This document shows positions 1 to 12,875 of a DNA stretch of 64,000 nucleotides, piece after piece. The stretch covers positions 8,496,001 through 8,560,000 of the forward strand of contig CM075995.1 in NCBI GenBank assembly GCA_038087875.1. The letters run 5' to 3'. The first letter of the stretch is position 1. Each line of letters starts with the position of its first letter. This stretch comes from Malacoraja senta. Taxonomy: Eukaryota. The position numbers were made by a program, and so were the translations under genes. A model generated the notes under the pieces. That model saw only the letters and a program-made list of their open reading frames with translations. It had not been told where the DNA came from and ran no database searches.

Positions 1-1708
1 ATGGGCCGAATGGCCTAATTTTACACCCTATCACTTTTGACCACAGCAGTAGAATAAGATATGTAGAAATAGGATATGTGGAGAGAGATAGATAGGGCTC
101 TTAAAAATAGCGGAGTCAGGGGATATGGGGAGAAAGCAGGAACGGGGTACTGATTGGGGATGATCAGCCATGATCACATTGAATGGCGGTGCTGGCTCGA
201 AGGGTCAAATGGCCTACTCCTGCGCCTATTGTTTATTGTCTATTGTCTAAATACAGTCGAAGTTTGTATAGAGGGAAAGAATGACAAGGTTTTCATTTTG
301 AGTAGACATAACAGACAGATTGAGGGAAATCAAGGACAGTACGCACGAACTGTGGATGTCATTTGGCAAGACGGGCTGGGAAAGGAAAATAATTTGCTAA
401 CGAGGGCTCAATTATCTCAGCAGACACCGCAGAAGCTACTGCTGATTACCCAGTCAGACATTGTCTCAATAGTCCCGTGAAATCTGGGCCGTTTGACAAC
501 CATATGCCTTCAGGGTGAAGTACACTCGAGCACTTAACAGCTCCGGAGTCTGCTGGCATTTAACATTGTAACAGCAGCAGACAATCTACCATGGAAGTTT
601 AAGAATAAGGAGTAGCCATCTAGAACGCAGACCAGGAAACACTTTATCACACAGAGAGTGGTGAGTTTGTGGAATTCTCTGCCTCAGAGGGCGGTGGAGG
701 CCGGTTCTCTGGATGCTTTCAAGAGAGAGCTAGATAGGGCTCTTAAAGATAGTGGAGTCAGGGGATATGGGGAGAAGGCAGGAACGGGGGTACCGATTGG
801 GGATGATCAGCCATGATCACATTGAATGGCGGTGCTGGCTCGAAGGGCCGAATGGCCTACTCCTGCACCTATTGTCTATTGTCTATTACACTAGTCCCAC
901 CTGCCTCTGTTTGGCCCATATCCCAGGCAGTGAAGAAAGCGAATGGCATGTCGGCCTTCATAACAAGAGGAGTTGAGTATAGGAGCAAAGAGGCTATTGG
1001 ATGCTCGTGCAGGCTTAATTGTGAGCAACTTAAAATTTATCAAGGTGTCCGTTCCCCCCTCCCCCCCCCCTTCTCCCCCCAGGAAAGTCAGATTAAAAAA
1101 AGGTTTCAAGTCAGAGTAAGAGATAGAGTGTGGAAAAAAACCCACTCATATGCATTCACCCCACTGTCTTCATAATGGTCCCACGTAACTTGCCTCAAGA
1201 TGCCACCATTCACCTATAGAGTGGGGGCACATTTGTGGCTAATACGATATGATTCGATAGAACTTTATTTATCCCAGGAGGGAAATTGATCTGCCAACAG
1301 TCATAAAAACACAAGATACTCGAAACATGGAATTAAAGTGACGAGTGGAAAGGATTGGGGATGTGGGGAGGGGGTAGGGTGGTGGGGGAAGGGGTCAGTC
1401 TCAGTCTACCCCACGACAGAAGGGGTTGGAGTTGTACAGTTTGATAGCCACAGGGAAGAAGGATCTCCTGTGGCGTTCTGTGCTGCATCTTGGTGGAACC
1501 AGTCTGTTGCTGAAGGTGCTCCTCAGGTTGACCAGTGTGTCACGGAGGGGGTGAGCTGTTTTGTCCAGGATGCTCCACAGTTTGAGGAGCATCCTCCCCT
1601 CCGAGACCAACTTCCTGTGAATCCAACTCCAACTCCGCCCCCAGGACGGAGCCGGCCTTTCTGATGGGCTTGTTAATCCTGTTAACAAAGGGATTCTTTA
1701 CCCCACCG

Positions 1709-1746
1709 TAGGTCTGAAGAAGGGTTTCGACCTGAAACGTTGCCTA
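1709..1746 (+). ncRNA. Hammerhead motif, second pLTR subfamily
   Basis: TAGGT-CTGAAGA-A-GGGT TTCG ACCT-GAAACGTT-GCCTA, with a 5-bp stem I. Confidence 0.6.
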
Positions 1747-1853
1747 TTTCCTTCGCTCCATTGATGCTGCCTCACCCGCTGAGTTTCTCCAGCAATTTTG
1801 TCTACCACCGTAGCCCACCAGGTCCTCACCGACCAGCGATCCCGGTACACTAA

Positions 1854-2548
1854 AGCCCCTGTCCCACTTACGTATCCTTGGCACGCTAATTACATGACGT
1901 CGTGGTCGCGTTGAGGCGCGACGGTCCCGCGAAGGACGCGCGCGACTTCATGCGTCCGCACAGCTGTCTGGAGCGCGTGACGTCATTTGAAGATGGACAC
2001 AAAATGCAGGGGGAACTCAGCGGGACCGGCAGCATCTCTGGAGAGACGGAATGGATGATGTTTCGGGTCGAGACCCTTCTTCAGTCTGAAAGAAGGGTCT
2101 TGACCCGAAACGTCACCCATTGCTTCTCTCCAGAGATGCTGCCGGTCGCGCTGAGTTACTCCAGCATTTTGTGTCTATCTCCAATCGTCTTGGCCCCGCT
2201 CTGGGAGTAGAAGTGGGGGCGGATCCCAACCGCAACGGCCGTGAGCCCCAGGCCGAGCTCGGCGATCGTTTGCCTGCTTCTGCTGCTGTTGAAGGTGAGA
2301 CATTGCGTCGCACCAGGGTCTTGGGCCTGTCCCACTTTGGCCGTTAGTTCCGCGACAGGCCGTTGGCGCGCGAAGATTTTGTTCGCTACAACATTTCGGA
2401 GCGCTGTGCGATATCGCGCACAACTCCATACCCCTTCGGCATTCTCAGTGGGACTGACCCCGCGCGGCCACATGATGCCCGTACGCATCAACGCGACGAT
2501 GAGGTCGCGTAATTTGCGTGCCAAGGAAACGTAAGTGGGACAGGCCCA
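1854..2548. mobile_element. PIF/Harbinger-type MITE with a nested pLTR palindrome
   Basis: TIR CCTGTCCCACTTACG / CGTAAGTGGGACAGG. TAA duplicated at 1851-1853 and 2549-2551 inside a V-SINE. Confidence 0.75.
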
Positions 2549-2689
2549 TAACACTACCCTACACACACTAGGAACAATTTACAATTTTGCCAAGCCAATT
2601 AGCCTACAAACCTGTACGTCTTTGGAGAATGCGAGGAAACCGGAGAACCCGGAGAAAACCCACGCAGATCACGGAGAGAAGGTACAAAC

Positions 2690-2910
2690 CCAATGAAGAC
2701 CCCCTTCTCCCATCTCCCAACGCTCCTCCACCTCTTGGACTTCCCGGACGGCTTTCTACTTCCCTAGACATTTTCATTTCTAACTGTCAGCGGGACATCG
2801 ACCGTCTCAACTTTTTTGCCTTGTTACCTATGCTAACCTCACCTCGTCTGGGAAGAGGAGAAGAAAAACACTGATGAAGGGTTCCAACACAAAGCGACAC
2901 CTACTCTTTC
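2690..2910 (+). mobile_element. Penelope-like fragment leading into a 66-bp array
   Basis: SLDIFISNCQRDIDRLNF-type peptide followed by a degenerate CTGATGA hammerhead start. Confidence 0.55.
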
Positions 2911-3485
2911 TCTCCACAGATGCTGCCTGACCCGCTGAGTTACTCCAGCACTCTGTGAAACGTCACCTATCCATGTTCTCCACAGATGCTGCCTGACCCG
3001 CTGAGTTACTCCAGCAATCTGTGAAACGTCACCTATCCATGTTCTCCACAGATGCTGCCTGACCCGCTGAGTTACTCCAGCACGTTGTGAAACGTCACCT
3101 ATCCATGTTCTCCACAGATGCTGCCTGACCCGCTGAGTTACTCCAGCACTCTGTGAAACGTCACCTATCCATGTTCTCCACAGATGCTGCCTGACCCGCT
3201 GAGTTACTCCAGCACTCTGTGAAACGTCACCTATCCATGTTCTCCACAGATGCTGCCTGACCCGCTGAGTTACTCAGCACTCTGTGAAACGTCACCTATC
3301 CATGTTCTCCACAGATGCTGCCTGACCCGCTGAGTTACTCCAGCATTCTGTGAAACGTCACCTATCCATGTTCTCCACAGATGCTGCCTGACCCGCTGAG
3401 TTACTCCAGCATTCTGTGAAACGTCACCTATCCATGTTCTCCACAGATGCTGCCTGACCCGCTGAGTTACTCCAGCACTCTGTGT
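2910..3485 (+). repeat. 66-bp tandem array derived from the Penelope pLTR
   Basis: Unit TGAAACGTCACCTATCCATGTTCTCCACAGATGCTGCCTGACCCGCTGAGTTACTCCAGCACTCTG, about 8-9 copies. Confidence 0.95.
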
Positions 3486-3974
3486 CTATTAAAATAGTTG
3501 CTGAGTGAGGCCTGGATTTTCCAGCCAGCTCCAAAACAACTACCCGATTAAAAAAGATTAGCTTTTGTTGCGTGCTAACCAGTCAGCGGAAAGACAATAC
3601 ATGATTACAATCGAGCCGTCCACAGTGTACAGATACAGGATGAAGGGAATAACGCTAATAATGTTTAGTGGAAGATAAAGCCAGTAAAGTCTGATCAAAG
3701 ATAGGCCGTGGGTCGCCAATGAGGTAGATAGTAGTTCAGGACCGCTCTCTAGTTGTTGGCAGAATGGTTCAGTTGCCTGATTGCAGCGGGGAAGAAACTG
3801 TGCCTGAATCTCTGTGGTGCCCACAGACACATCTAGCAACCTCAGCTGTGGACTTCAATACTGCCCCCCCCCCCCCCCTCAAAACAAAACACACTGCTGG
3901 CAAGAAATAGATCGAAAGAGGTCTTTAATATTAACGCAACATCTTGAAAGGGTTCAGAAGATTTACATTGCCAG

Positions 3975-4540
3975 GACCTGGAGTATTGCGTACAGTTTTG
4001 GTCTCCAAATCTGAGGAAGGACATTATAGCCATAGAGGGAGTGCAGAGAAGGTTCACCAGACTGATTCCTGGGATGTCAGGACTTTCATATGAAGAAAGA
4101 CTGGATAGACTTGGCTTGTACTCGCTAGAATTTAGGAGATTGAGAGGGGATCTTATAGAAACGTACAAAATTCTTATGGGGTTGGACAGGCTAGATGCAG
4201 GAAGATTGTTCCCGATGTTGGGGAAGTCCAGGACAAGGGGTCACAGCTTAAGGATAAGGGGGAAATCCTTTAAGACCGAGATGAGGAAAAACCTTTTCAC
4301 ACAGAGAGTGGTGAATCTCTGGAACTCTCTGCCACAGAGGGTAGTTGAGGCCAGTTCATTGGCTATATTTAAGAGGAGTTAGATGTGGCCCTTGTGGCTA
4401 AAGGGATCAGGGGGTATGGAGAGAAGGCAGGTACGGGATACTGAGTTGGATGATCAGCCATGATCATATTGAATGGCGGTGCAGGCTCGAAGGGCCGAAT
4501 GGCCTATTCCTGCACCTATTTTCTATGTATCTATGTATCT
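3975..4540 (+). mobile_element. CR1/HER1-type LINE 3' fragment
   Basis: QRRFTRLIPGM..YEERL..LGLYSLEFRRLRGDLIETYK..TRGH..WNSLP, 3' stem-loop and (TCTATGTA) tail. Confidence 0.92.
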
Positions 4541-6149
4541 ATGAGCTGCAGGGAGAGGTTGAGCAGGCAAGGAGTTTATTCCTTGGAGTACTGGAGGATG
4601 AAGTGTGATTTTATCGGAGTATCTATAATCATCAGAGGTATAGACGCCCAGAGCAGGGGGAAATCAAGATACAAGATACATTTATTTGTCACGTACCAAT
4701 TGGTACAGTGAAATGTGTGGTCACCATACAGTCATACGAATAATAAAGAGCACAGAACACGATAGTCTTTAACACAGACATCCCCACACAGCGGGATCAA
4801 AGTTTCCCACTGTGAGGGAAGTCTCCAAAATTCAGTCATCCTCCTCTGGTGTCCTCACGTGGTCGGGGGGGGGGGGGGGGGGGGGGTGCAGCCCGGTGTT
4901 CAGGCCCGCTCGCCGGGGTGATGGAAGTCCAACGTCGGGACTGGAGGACGTCCTCAGCGGCCTGGACATCCGAAGAATCAAAAATGACATCCAAAAATCA
5001 GAGATACAGCGCGGAAACAGGCCCTTCGGCCCACCGGGTCCGCACTGACCAGCGATCCCCGCATATTAACTCCATCCTACACACACACGGGACAATTTTT
5101 ACATTTACACCAAGATAATTAACGTACAAACCTGTAGGTCTTTGGAGTGTGGGAGGAAACCGAATATCTCGGAGAAAACCCACGCAGGTCACGGGGAGAA
5201 CGTACAAACTCCGTACAGACAGCGCCCGTAGTCGGGATCGAACCCGGGTTTAAGGTGAGGGGGGAAAGATTTAATGGGAACCCGAGGAATAACATATTTT
5301 TTCCACTCAAAGGGTAGGGGGTGTATGGAAAGAGCTGCGGAGGAGGTAGTTGAGGCAGGGACTATCGCAACTTTTAAAAAACAGTTGGACAGGTACATGG
5401 ATAGGGTGGGTTCAGTGGGAAATGGGCCAAACCCGGGCAGGATGGACTCATGTAGGTGAGCAATGTTTGTCGCTGTTGGCAAGTTGGACCGAAGGGCCTG
5501 ACTTCTGGATGGCTGGGCATCCAATTGTAGTGGAGAACTCTCAAAGACAAAGTTGCTAATTTCGTTTTAAACAAAACATTTTAGAAGAGGCCAAAACATT
5601 GCGAGATAAAAAATCAAGACATTCTTGTCCCGCCCCCTCCCCTGACATCAGTCTGAAGAAGGGTCTCGACCCGAAACTTCGCCAATTCCTCCTCTCCATA
5701 GATGCTGCCCGTCCCGCTGAGTTACTCCAGCATTTTGTGTCTACCTTAATTATAATTCAAATTACTTTGGATTAATAAATCTGACAAATTTAATGTAGGG
5801 CAGGAGTACACACATACATACAGCCAGCCAGCATTGGAATGGAGGCACAAAGGAGAATGAGTCCAGAATTTGAATGGAGGCCCAAGGATCTGCAGATGCT
5901 GGAATCTTCAGCAAAAACAAAGTGCTGGAGGAACTCAGCAGGTCGGGCAGCATCTGTGGAGGGAATGCACAGACGATGTTCCTTGTCAGGTCTGAAGAAG
6001 AGTCCCGACCCAAAATGGCCCATGTCCATCCTCTCCACCGATGCTGCCTAACCCGCCGACTTACTCCAGCTTTGTTTCGCTCAAGTTTATGTTCATAAGT
6101 AATAGGAGCAGTATTAGGCCATTCGGCCCATTGTCTACTCCACCATTCA

Positions 6150-6910
6150 ATAGACAAAAGACAATAGGTGCAGGAGTAGGCCATTTGGCCCTTTGAGCCA
6201 GCACCGCCATTCAATGTGATCATGGCTGATCATCCCCAATCAGTACCCCGTTCCTGCCTTCTCCCCATATCTCCTGACTCCACTATTTTTAAGAGCCCTA
6301 TCTATCTCTCTCTTGAAAACATCCAGAGAACCTGCCTCCACCGCCCTCTGAGGCAGAGAATTCCACAGACTCACCACTCTCTGTGAGAAAAAGTGTTTCC
6401 TCGTCTCCGCTCTAAATGGCTTACGCCTTATTCTTAAACTGTGGCCCCTGGTTCTGGACTCCCCCAACATCGGGAACATGTTTCCTGCCTCTAGCGTGTC
6501 CAAACCTTAATAATCTTATATGTTTTTCATAAGTTCCCCTCTCATCCTTCTAAACTCCAGAGTGTACAAGCCCAGCTGCTCCATTCTCTCAGCATATGAC
6601 AGTCCCGCCATCCCGGGAATTAACCTTGTAAACCTACGCTGCACTCCCTCAATAGCAAGAATGTCCTTCCGCAAATTAGGGGACCAAAACTGCACACAAT
6701 ACTCCAGGTGTGGTCTCACTAGGGCTCTGTACAACTGGAGAAGGACCTCTTTGCTCCTATATTCGATTCCTCTTGTTATAAAGGCCAACATCCCATTCGC
6801 TTTCTTCACTGCCTGCTGTACCTGCATGCTTACTTTCATAGACTGATGTACAAGGACCCCCAGATCCCGTTGTACTTCCCCTTTTCCCAACTTGACGCCA
6901 TTTACATTCA
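6150..6910 (-). mobile_element. CR1-type LINE 3' fragment
   Basis: DLGVLV..KKANGML..LYRALVRPHLEYCVQFWSP. Confidence 0.92.
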
Positions 6911-7574
6911 ATCATGGCTGATCTATCTCTCCCTCCTAACCCCATTCTCCTGCCTTTACCCCATAACCCCCGACATCCGTACTGATCAAGAATCCAGCAT
7001 CTGTATTTTCTTGCGTCTCAAATCGAGAACTGTTTGTTAATATTCATGCATTTCCCCTGGGTATTATGGGGTTGGCTACGAAGCACAGGGCTGTGTCACT
7101 GACACAACAGCCCCAGGATTGCTGTTTTCATGCAAGGATGACTGAGTCCATTAGTTTCAACAGCACAACAACCACCATCTATGCACGCTTTTACTTGTCA
7201 GATGTCTCCCAAGCTGCAGGAGTTTCCCACCACATGACTCTCAAAGATGCTCACTGCAAGCAGAGCGATATTGGAGAAGCACGGTGGTGCAGCGGCAGAG
7301 TTGCTCCCTTACAGCGCCAGAGACCCAGGTTCAATCCACGACACACGCCATGGAAACAAGCCCTTCGGCCCACCGTGTCTGCACCGACAAGCGATCCCCG
7401 CACACTAACACTCCCGCACACTAGGGGCGACTTACATTAAACAGCAAACTGAAAAAGGAGATCAGAAGGGCACAAAAGGGGTCAGGAGATAGCTCTGGCG
7501 GGTAGCATTAAGGACAATCTCAAAAGACAGACAATAGACAATAGGTGCAGGAGTAGGCCTTTCGGTCCTTTAAT

Positions 7575-8312
7575 ACAAAGAGGTGTGAGGTGTTGCATTT
7601 TGGGACGTCTAACGAGGGCAGGACCTACACAGTGAATGGTCGGCCTCTGGTTAGCGTTGTAGAGCAGAGGGATCTAGGAGTACAGGTGCATGGTTCCTTG
7701 AAGGTCAAGTCGCAGGTAGATAAGGTGGTCAACAAGGCTTTTGGCATTTTGGCCTTCATCAGTCAGAGTATTGAGTATAGAAGTTGGGAGATCATGTTGC
7801 AGTTGTATAAGATGTTGGTGAGGCCACATTTAGAATATTGTGTTCAGTTCTGGGCACCATGTTATAGGAAAAATATTGTCAAGCTTGAAAAGGTTCAGAG
7901 AAGATTTACGAGGATGTTGCCAGGACTAGAGGGTGTGAGCTACAGGGAGAGGTTGAGTAGGCTGGGACTCTATTCATGGAGTGCAGGAGGATGAGGGGTG
8001 ATCTTATAGAGATGAACAAAATCATGAGAGGAATAGATAGGGTAGATCTCTTGCCCAGAGTAGGGGAATCGAGGACCAGAGGACATAGGTTCAAGATGAA
8101 GGGGAAAAGATTTAACAGGAATCTGAGGGGTAACTTTTTCACACAAAGGGTGGTGGGTGTATGGAACGAGCTGCCGGAGGAGGTAGTTGAGGCAGGGACT
8201 ATCCCATTGTTTAAGAAACAGTTAGACAGGTACATGGATAGGACGGGTTTGGAGGGATATGGGCCAAGCGCAGGCAAGTGGGACTAGAGTAGCTGGGACA
8301 TTGTTGGCCGGT
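7575..8312 (+). mobile_element. CR1-type LINE 3' fragment (second subfamily, HE1-sharing tail)
   Basis: RDLGVQVH..LYKMLVRPHLEYCVQFWAP..WNELPEEVV. Confidence 0.9.
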
Positions 8313-8627
8313 GTAAAACTCCGTACAGACAGCACCCGTAGTCAGAATCGAACCCGGGTCTCTGGCGCTGTGAGGCAGAAACTCTACCGCTGCACCACCG
8401 TGCTTCGTCTGTACGGAGTTTGCACGTTCTCCCCGTGACCAGCGTGGGATTTCTCCGGGTGCTTCGGTTTCCTCCCACACTCCAAAGACGTGCAGGTATG
8501 TAGGCTAATTGGCCTCAGTAACAGTAAAATTGTCCCTGGTGCGCAGAATGGTGCCGGTGTGCGGCGTGATCGCCGGTCGGCGCGGACTCGGTGGGCTGAA
8601 GGGCCTATTTCCGCGCTGTAACCCTAA

Positions 8628-8849
8628 AGGGGCCTGTCCCACTTCCGCGATTTTTTTCGGCGACTTGCCGGCACCCGTCATAGGTGGCCGAAAAATTTCA
8701 ACGTGGTGAAAATCCAGCGGCAACCAGAAAAAGGTACGACTCTTTGGGCGACTACTCACGACCATACAGGCGTCGCCCCGCGACGCCTGTATGGTCGTGA
8801 GTAGTCGCCCAAAGATGCAGGAAAAATCGCCTAAATGGGACAGGCCCTT
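8628..8849. mobile_element. Harbinger-type MITE (plus a partial copy ending at 9090)
   Basis: GGGCCTGTCCCA / TGGGACAGGCCC TIRs, TAA flanks and an internal long palindrome. Confidence 0.75.
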
Positions 8850-9105
8850 TAAGGAGGAAGGCAGCACGTGTAGGAACTTGGACAAAGACATGCTTCTACC
8901 TTGCCTTAGACATTTTTTTCAGGAATATCATGACATGTCGCGGGGTGACGCCTGCATGGTCGTGAGTAGTCGCCCAAAGTGTCGTACCTTTTTCTGGTCG
9001 CTGCTGGATTTTCAACATGTTGAAAAATATTTCGGCGACCTGCTGCAACTATGGCGGGTGCCGGCAAGTCACGTAAGTGGGACAGGCCCTTAAAGCCCAA
9101 AGTGT

Positions 9106-10730
9106 AGAAACATAGAAACATAGACAATAGGTGCAGGAGGAGGCCATTCGCCCCTTCGAGCCTGCACCGCCATTCATTGTAATCATGGCTGATCGTCCCC
9201 AATCAATAACCCGTGCCTGCCTTCTCCCCATATCCCTTGACTCCACTAGCCCCTAGAGCTCTATCTAACTCTCTCTTAAATCCATCCAGTGATTTGGCCT
9301 CCTGCCATCTGTGGCAGGGAATTCATAAATTCACAACTCTCTGGGCGAAAAAGTTTTTTCTCAGTCTTAAATGACCTTCCTTTATTCTAAGACTGTGGCC
9401 CCTGGTTCTGGACTCGCCCAACATTGGGAACATTTTTCCTGCATCTAGCTTGTCCAGTCCTTTTATAATTTTATATGTTTCTATAAGATCCGCCCCTCAT
9501 CCTTCTAAACTCCAGTGAATACAAGCCTGGAGTTTAGAAGGTTTACAGTAGCTACCTCAGCAAATATGACAAAGGCCATCTATGGACCACCACCTTCACT
9601 GTTAAACGCAGAGACGGAAAAGCATCATATTTTCACAGCTGCGCGCGCAGCCACTTACGCTAGTCCTTACCAATGCCTCCGTCAGCAACTCTGTTCTATG
9701 TTCAGTGGAAAACTTCAGGGTTTCAGACTTTTTCCCACTTCCTTTGCGAAAGGTCAGGTTGAATTCTGTGCCTTGCCCCTTGCCGACTGGACTGATGCTG
9801 CAGATATCTCCATAAGGCCACTGCAAAGGCAAGTTTTACATCGTTAATTCTGCTCGGCTGGATTAAAACCAAACTTTAAAACTTAAATGGGCAGCATCTC
9901 TGGAGAGAAGGAATGGGTGAGACCCTTCATCAGACTGAAGGGGGTGGTGGTCTCGAAACGTCACCCATTCCTTCTCTCCACAGAGTGCTGCCTGTCCCGT
10001 TGAGTTACTCCAGCATTTTGTGTCCATCTTCGGTTTAAACCAGCATCTGCAGTTCCTTCCTACACATTAAACTTTAATGTCTTAAGTTGCACTTAGGAGT
10101 TTTTTTTTTACTAGTACTGGGGTTATTAAATGTACAGTGAACCCTCATTATAACAGGCTATAGAGGGGAGGACGGTGTATGTTATTGCCGATTGTCCACT
10201 ATAACTAATTTGAGGAAGGACATTCTTGCTATTGAGGGAGTGCAGCGTAGGTTTACAAGGTTAATTCCCGGGATGGCGGGACTGTCATATGCTGAGAGAA
10301 TGGAGCGGCTGGGCTTGTACACTCTGGAGTTTAGAAGGATGAGAGGATATCTCATTGAAACATATAAGATTGTTAAGGGTTTGGACACGCTAGAGGCAGG
10401 AAACATGTTCCCGATGTTGGGGGAGTCCAGAACCAGGGGGCCACAGCTTAGAATAAGGAGTAAGCCATTAGAACGTAGATGAGGAAACACTTTTTCTCAC
10501 AGAGAGTGGTGAGTCTGTGAACTTTTCTGCCTCAGAGGGCGGTGGAGGCAGGTTCTCTGGATGCTTTCAAGAGAGAGCTAGATAGGGCTCTTAAAAATAG
10601 CGGGAGTCAGGGGATATGGGAGAAGGCAGGAACGGGGTACTGATTGTGGATGATCAGCCATGATCACAGTGAATGGCGGTGCTGGCTCGAAGGGCCGAAT
10701 GGCCTACTCCTGCACCTATTGTCTGTTGTC
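9106..10730. mobile_element. CR1 fragments flanking the DNAJC13 exon (9106-9527 -, 10205-10730 +)
   Basis: Same ORF2 C-terminal and 3'UTR motifs. Confidence 0.85.
9671..9820 (-). CDS. DNAJC13: DNAJC13 (RME-8) third coding exon, 150 nt, phase 0-0
   Basis: Translates [50 protein letters not shown], matching the recalled vertebrate DNAJC13 N-terminus. CAG acceptor (9821-9823) and GTAAGG donor on the - strand. Confidence 0.95.
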
Positions 10731-10949
10731 TATAACAGGGGAAGGGATTATCTTTGAATAAATGGTAGACACAAACAATTGCAGATAAACAAAAGGACAC
10801 AAGTGCTGGGTCAGGAAAGATATCTGGGTCTGAAGAAGGGTTCCACCGCGAAACATCACCCAACCTTTTCTCCAGACATGCTGCCTGACCGCTGAGTTAC
10901 TCCAGCACTTTGCATCTATATAACTCAAGATCTACAGTTCCTTCCTGCA

Positions 10950-11635
10950 CATCTGTGGAGAACATGGATAGGTGACGTTTCACAGAGTGCTGGAGTAACT
11001 CAGCGGGACAGGCAGCATCTGTGGAGAACATGGATAGGTGACGTTTCACAGAGTGCTGGAGTAACTCAGCGGGTCAGGCAACATCTGTGGAGAACATGGA
11101 TAGGTGACGTTTCACAGAGTGCTGGAGTAACTCAGCGGGTCAGGCAGCATCTGTGGAGAACATGGATAGGTGACGTTTCACAGAGTGCTGGAGTAACTCA
11201 GCGGGTCAGGCAGCATCTGTGGAGCGAAGGAAATGGGCAACCTTTCAGGCCGAAACCCTGAAGGAAATAGGCAACGTTTCGGGCCGAAACCCGGAAGGGT
11301 TTCGGGCCGAAACGTTGCCTATTTTCTTTCGCTCCATAGATGCTGCCGGAACATGGATAGGTGACGTTTCACAGAGTGCTGGAGTAACTCAGCGGGTCAG
11401 GCAGCATCTGTGGAGAACATGGATAGGTGACGTTTCACAGAGTGCTGGAGTAACTCAGCGGGTCAGCAGCATCTGTTGGAGAACATGATGGGTGACGTTT
11501 CACAGAGTGCTGGAGTAACTCAGCGGGTCAGGCAGCATCTGTGGAGAACATGGATAGGTGACGTTTCACAGAGTGCTGGAGTAACTCAGCGGATCAGGCA
11601 GCATCTCTGGAGAACATGGATAGGTGATGTTTACG
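10950..11635 (-). repeat. 66-bp array with a palindromic insert
   Basis: Reverse complement of the same unit. Insert at about 11221-11347. Confidence 0.95.
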
Positions 11636-12121
11636 GCCAAGACCCTTCTTCGGGCTGATTTACCAGCAGTTCCGGTAAACCTCTTCCGCGCTCTCCTTAG
11701 TGTCTTCGCATCCTTCTGTAATGGGACCAGAACTGCACCATATTGCTCTTTCTAACCACTGCTCAGATAAAATGAGTGCCAGCCATCATGGATCCGGGGC
11801 CCTAGAGGCAGACCAACAACGTGAAAAGGGCGTAACTTTTGGAAAGGAGCTGAGAAGTCATTTCTTTAGCCTAGGGCGGTGAATCTGTGGAATTCATTGC
11901 CACAGACGGCTGTGGTGGCCAAGTCAGTGGCTATTCTTAAAGTAGAGATTGATGGGGTCATGCATAGTATGGATGTCAAAGATTATGGGGAGAGGCTGGA
12001 GAATTGGGTTGAGGGGAGAGATAGAACCACCATGATTGAATGACCGAGTAGATTTGATGGGCCGAATGGCCTAATTCTGCTCCATAATTCTAACCTTATG
12101 GAAAAGGCTGGAATTCCAATA

Positions 12122-12875
12122 AAGTTCAAGTTCAAGCGAGTTTTAATGTCATGTGTCCCTGATAGGACAATGAAATTCTTGCTTTGCTTTAGCACAACAG
12201 AACATAGTAGGCATGAATACAGAACAGATCAGTGTGTCCATATACCATAATATATAAATATATACACACATGAATAAACAAACTGATAAAGTGCAAATAA
12301 ACAGATTATGGGCTAATAAAGTTCAGAGTTTTGTCCAAGTTTAATAGCCTGATGGCTGTGGGGAAGTAGCTATACCTGAACCTGGTCGTTGCAGTCTTCA
12401 GGCTCCTGTACCTTCTACCTGAAGGTAGCGGGGAGATGAGTGTGTGGCCAGGATGGTGTGGGTCCTTGATGATGCTGCCAGCCTTTTTGAGGCAGCGACT
12501 GCGATAGATCCCCTCGATGATAGGGAGGTCAGAGCCGATGATGGACTGGGCAGTGTTTACTACTTTTTGTAGTCTTTTCCGCTCCAGGGCGCTCAAGGTT
12601 GCCGAACCAAGCCACGATGCAACCGGTCAGTATGCCTCCACTGTGCACCTGTAGAAGTTAGAGAGAGTCCTCCTTGACATAGCGACTCCGTAATCTTCTC
12701 AGGAAGTAGAAGTGCTGATGTGCTTTCTTTACGATTGCATCAGTGTTCTGGACCAGGAGAGATCTTCAGAGATGTGCACGCCCAGGAATTTGAAGCTCTT
12801 GACCCTTTCCACCATCGACCCGTAGATATAAACGGGACCGTGGGTCCCCATTCTACCCCTTCCAAAGTCCACAAA
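12122..12875 (-). mobile_element. Rex1/Babar-type LINE 3' fragment
   Basis: VERVKSFKFLGVHISEDLSW..RLQKVVNTAQSIIG..IIKDPHHPGH..LPSGRRYRS and (CTTGA) tail. Confidence 0.85.

Noticed and set aside
154..976. Recurrent short ORFs such as MISHDHIEWRCWLEG and MITLNGGAGSKGRMAYS
   Set aside because: Translations of the non-coding CR1 3'UTR.
2910..3485. CRISPR-like regular array
   Set aside because: Units are identical head-to-tail 66-mers with no unique spacers, there are no cas genes, and the context is vertebrate.
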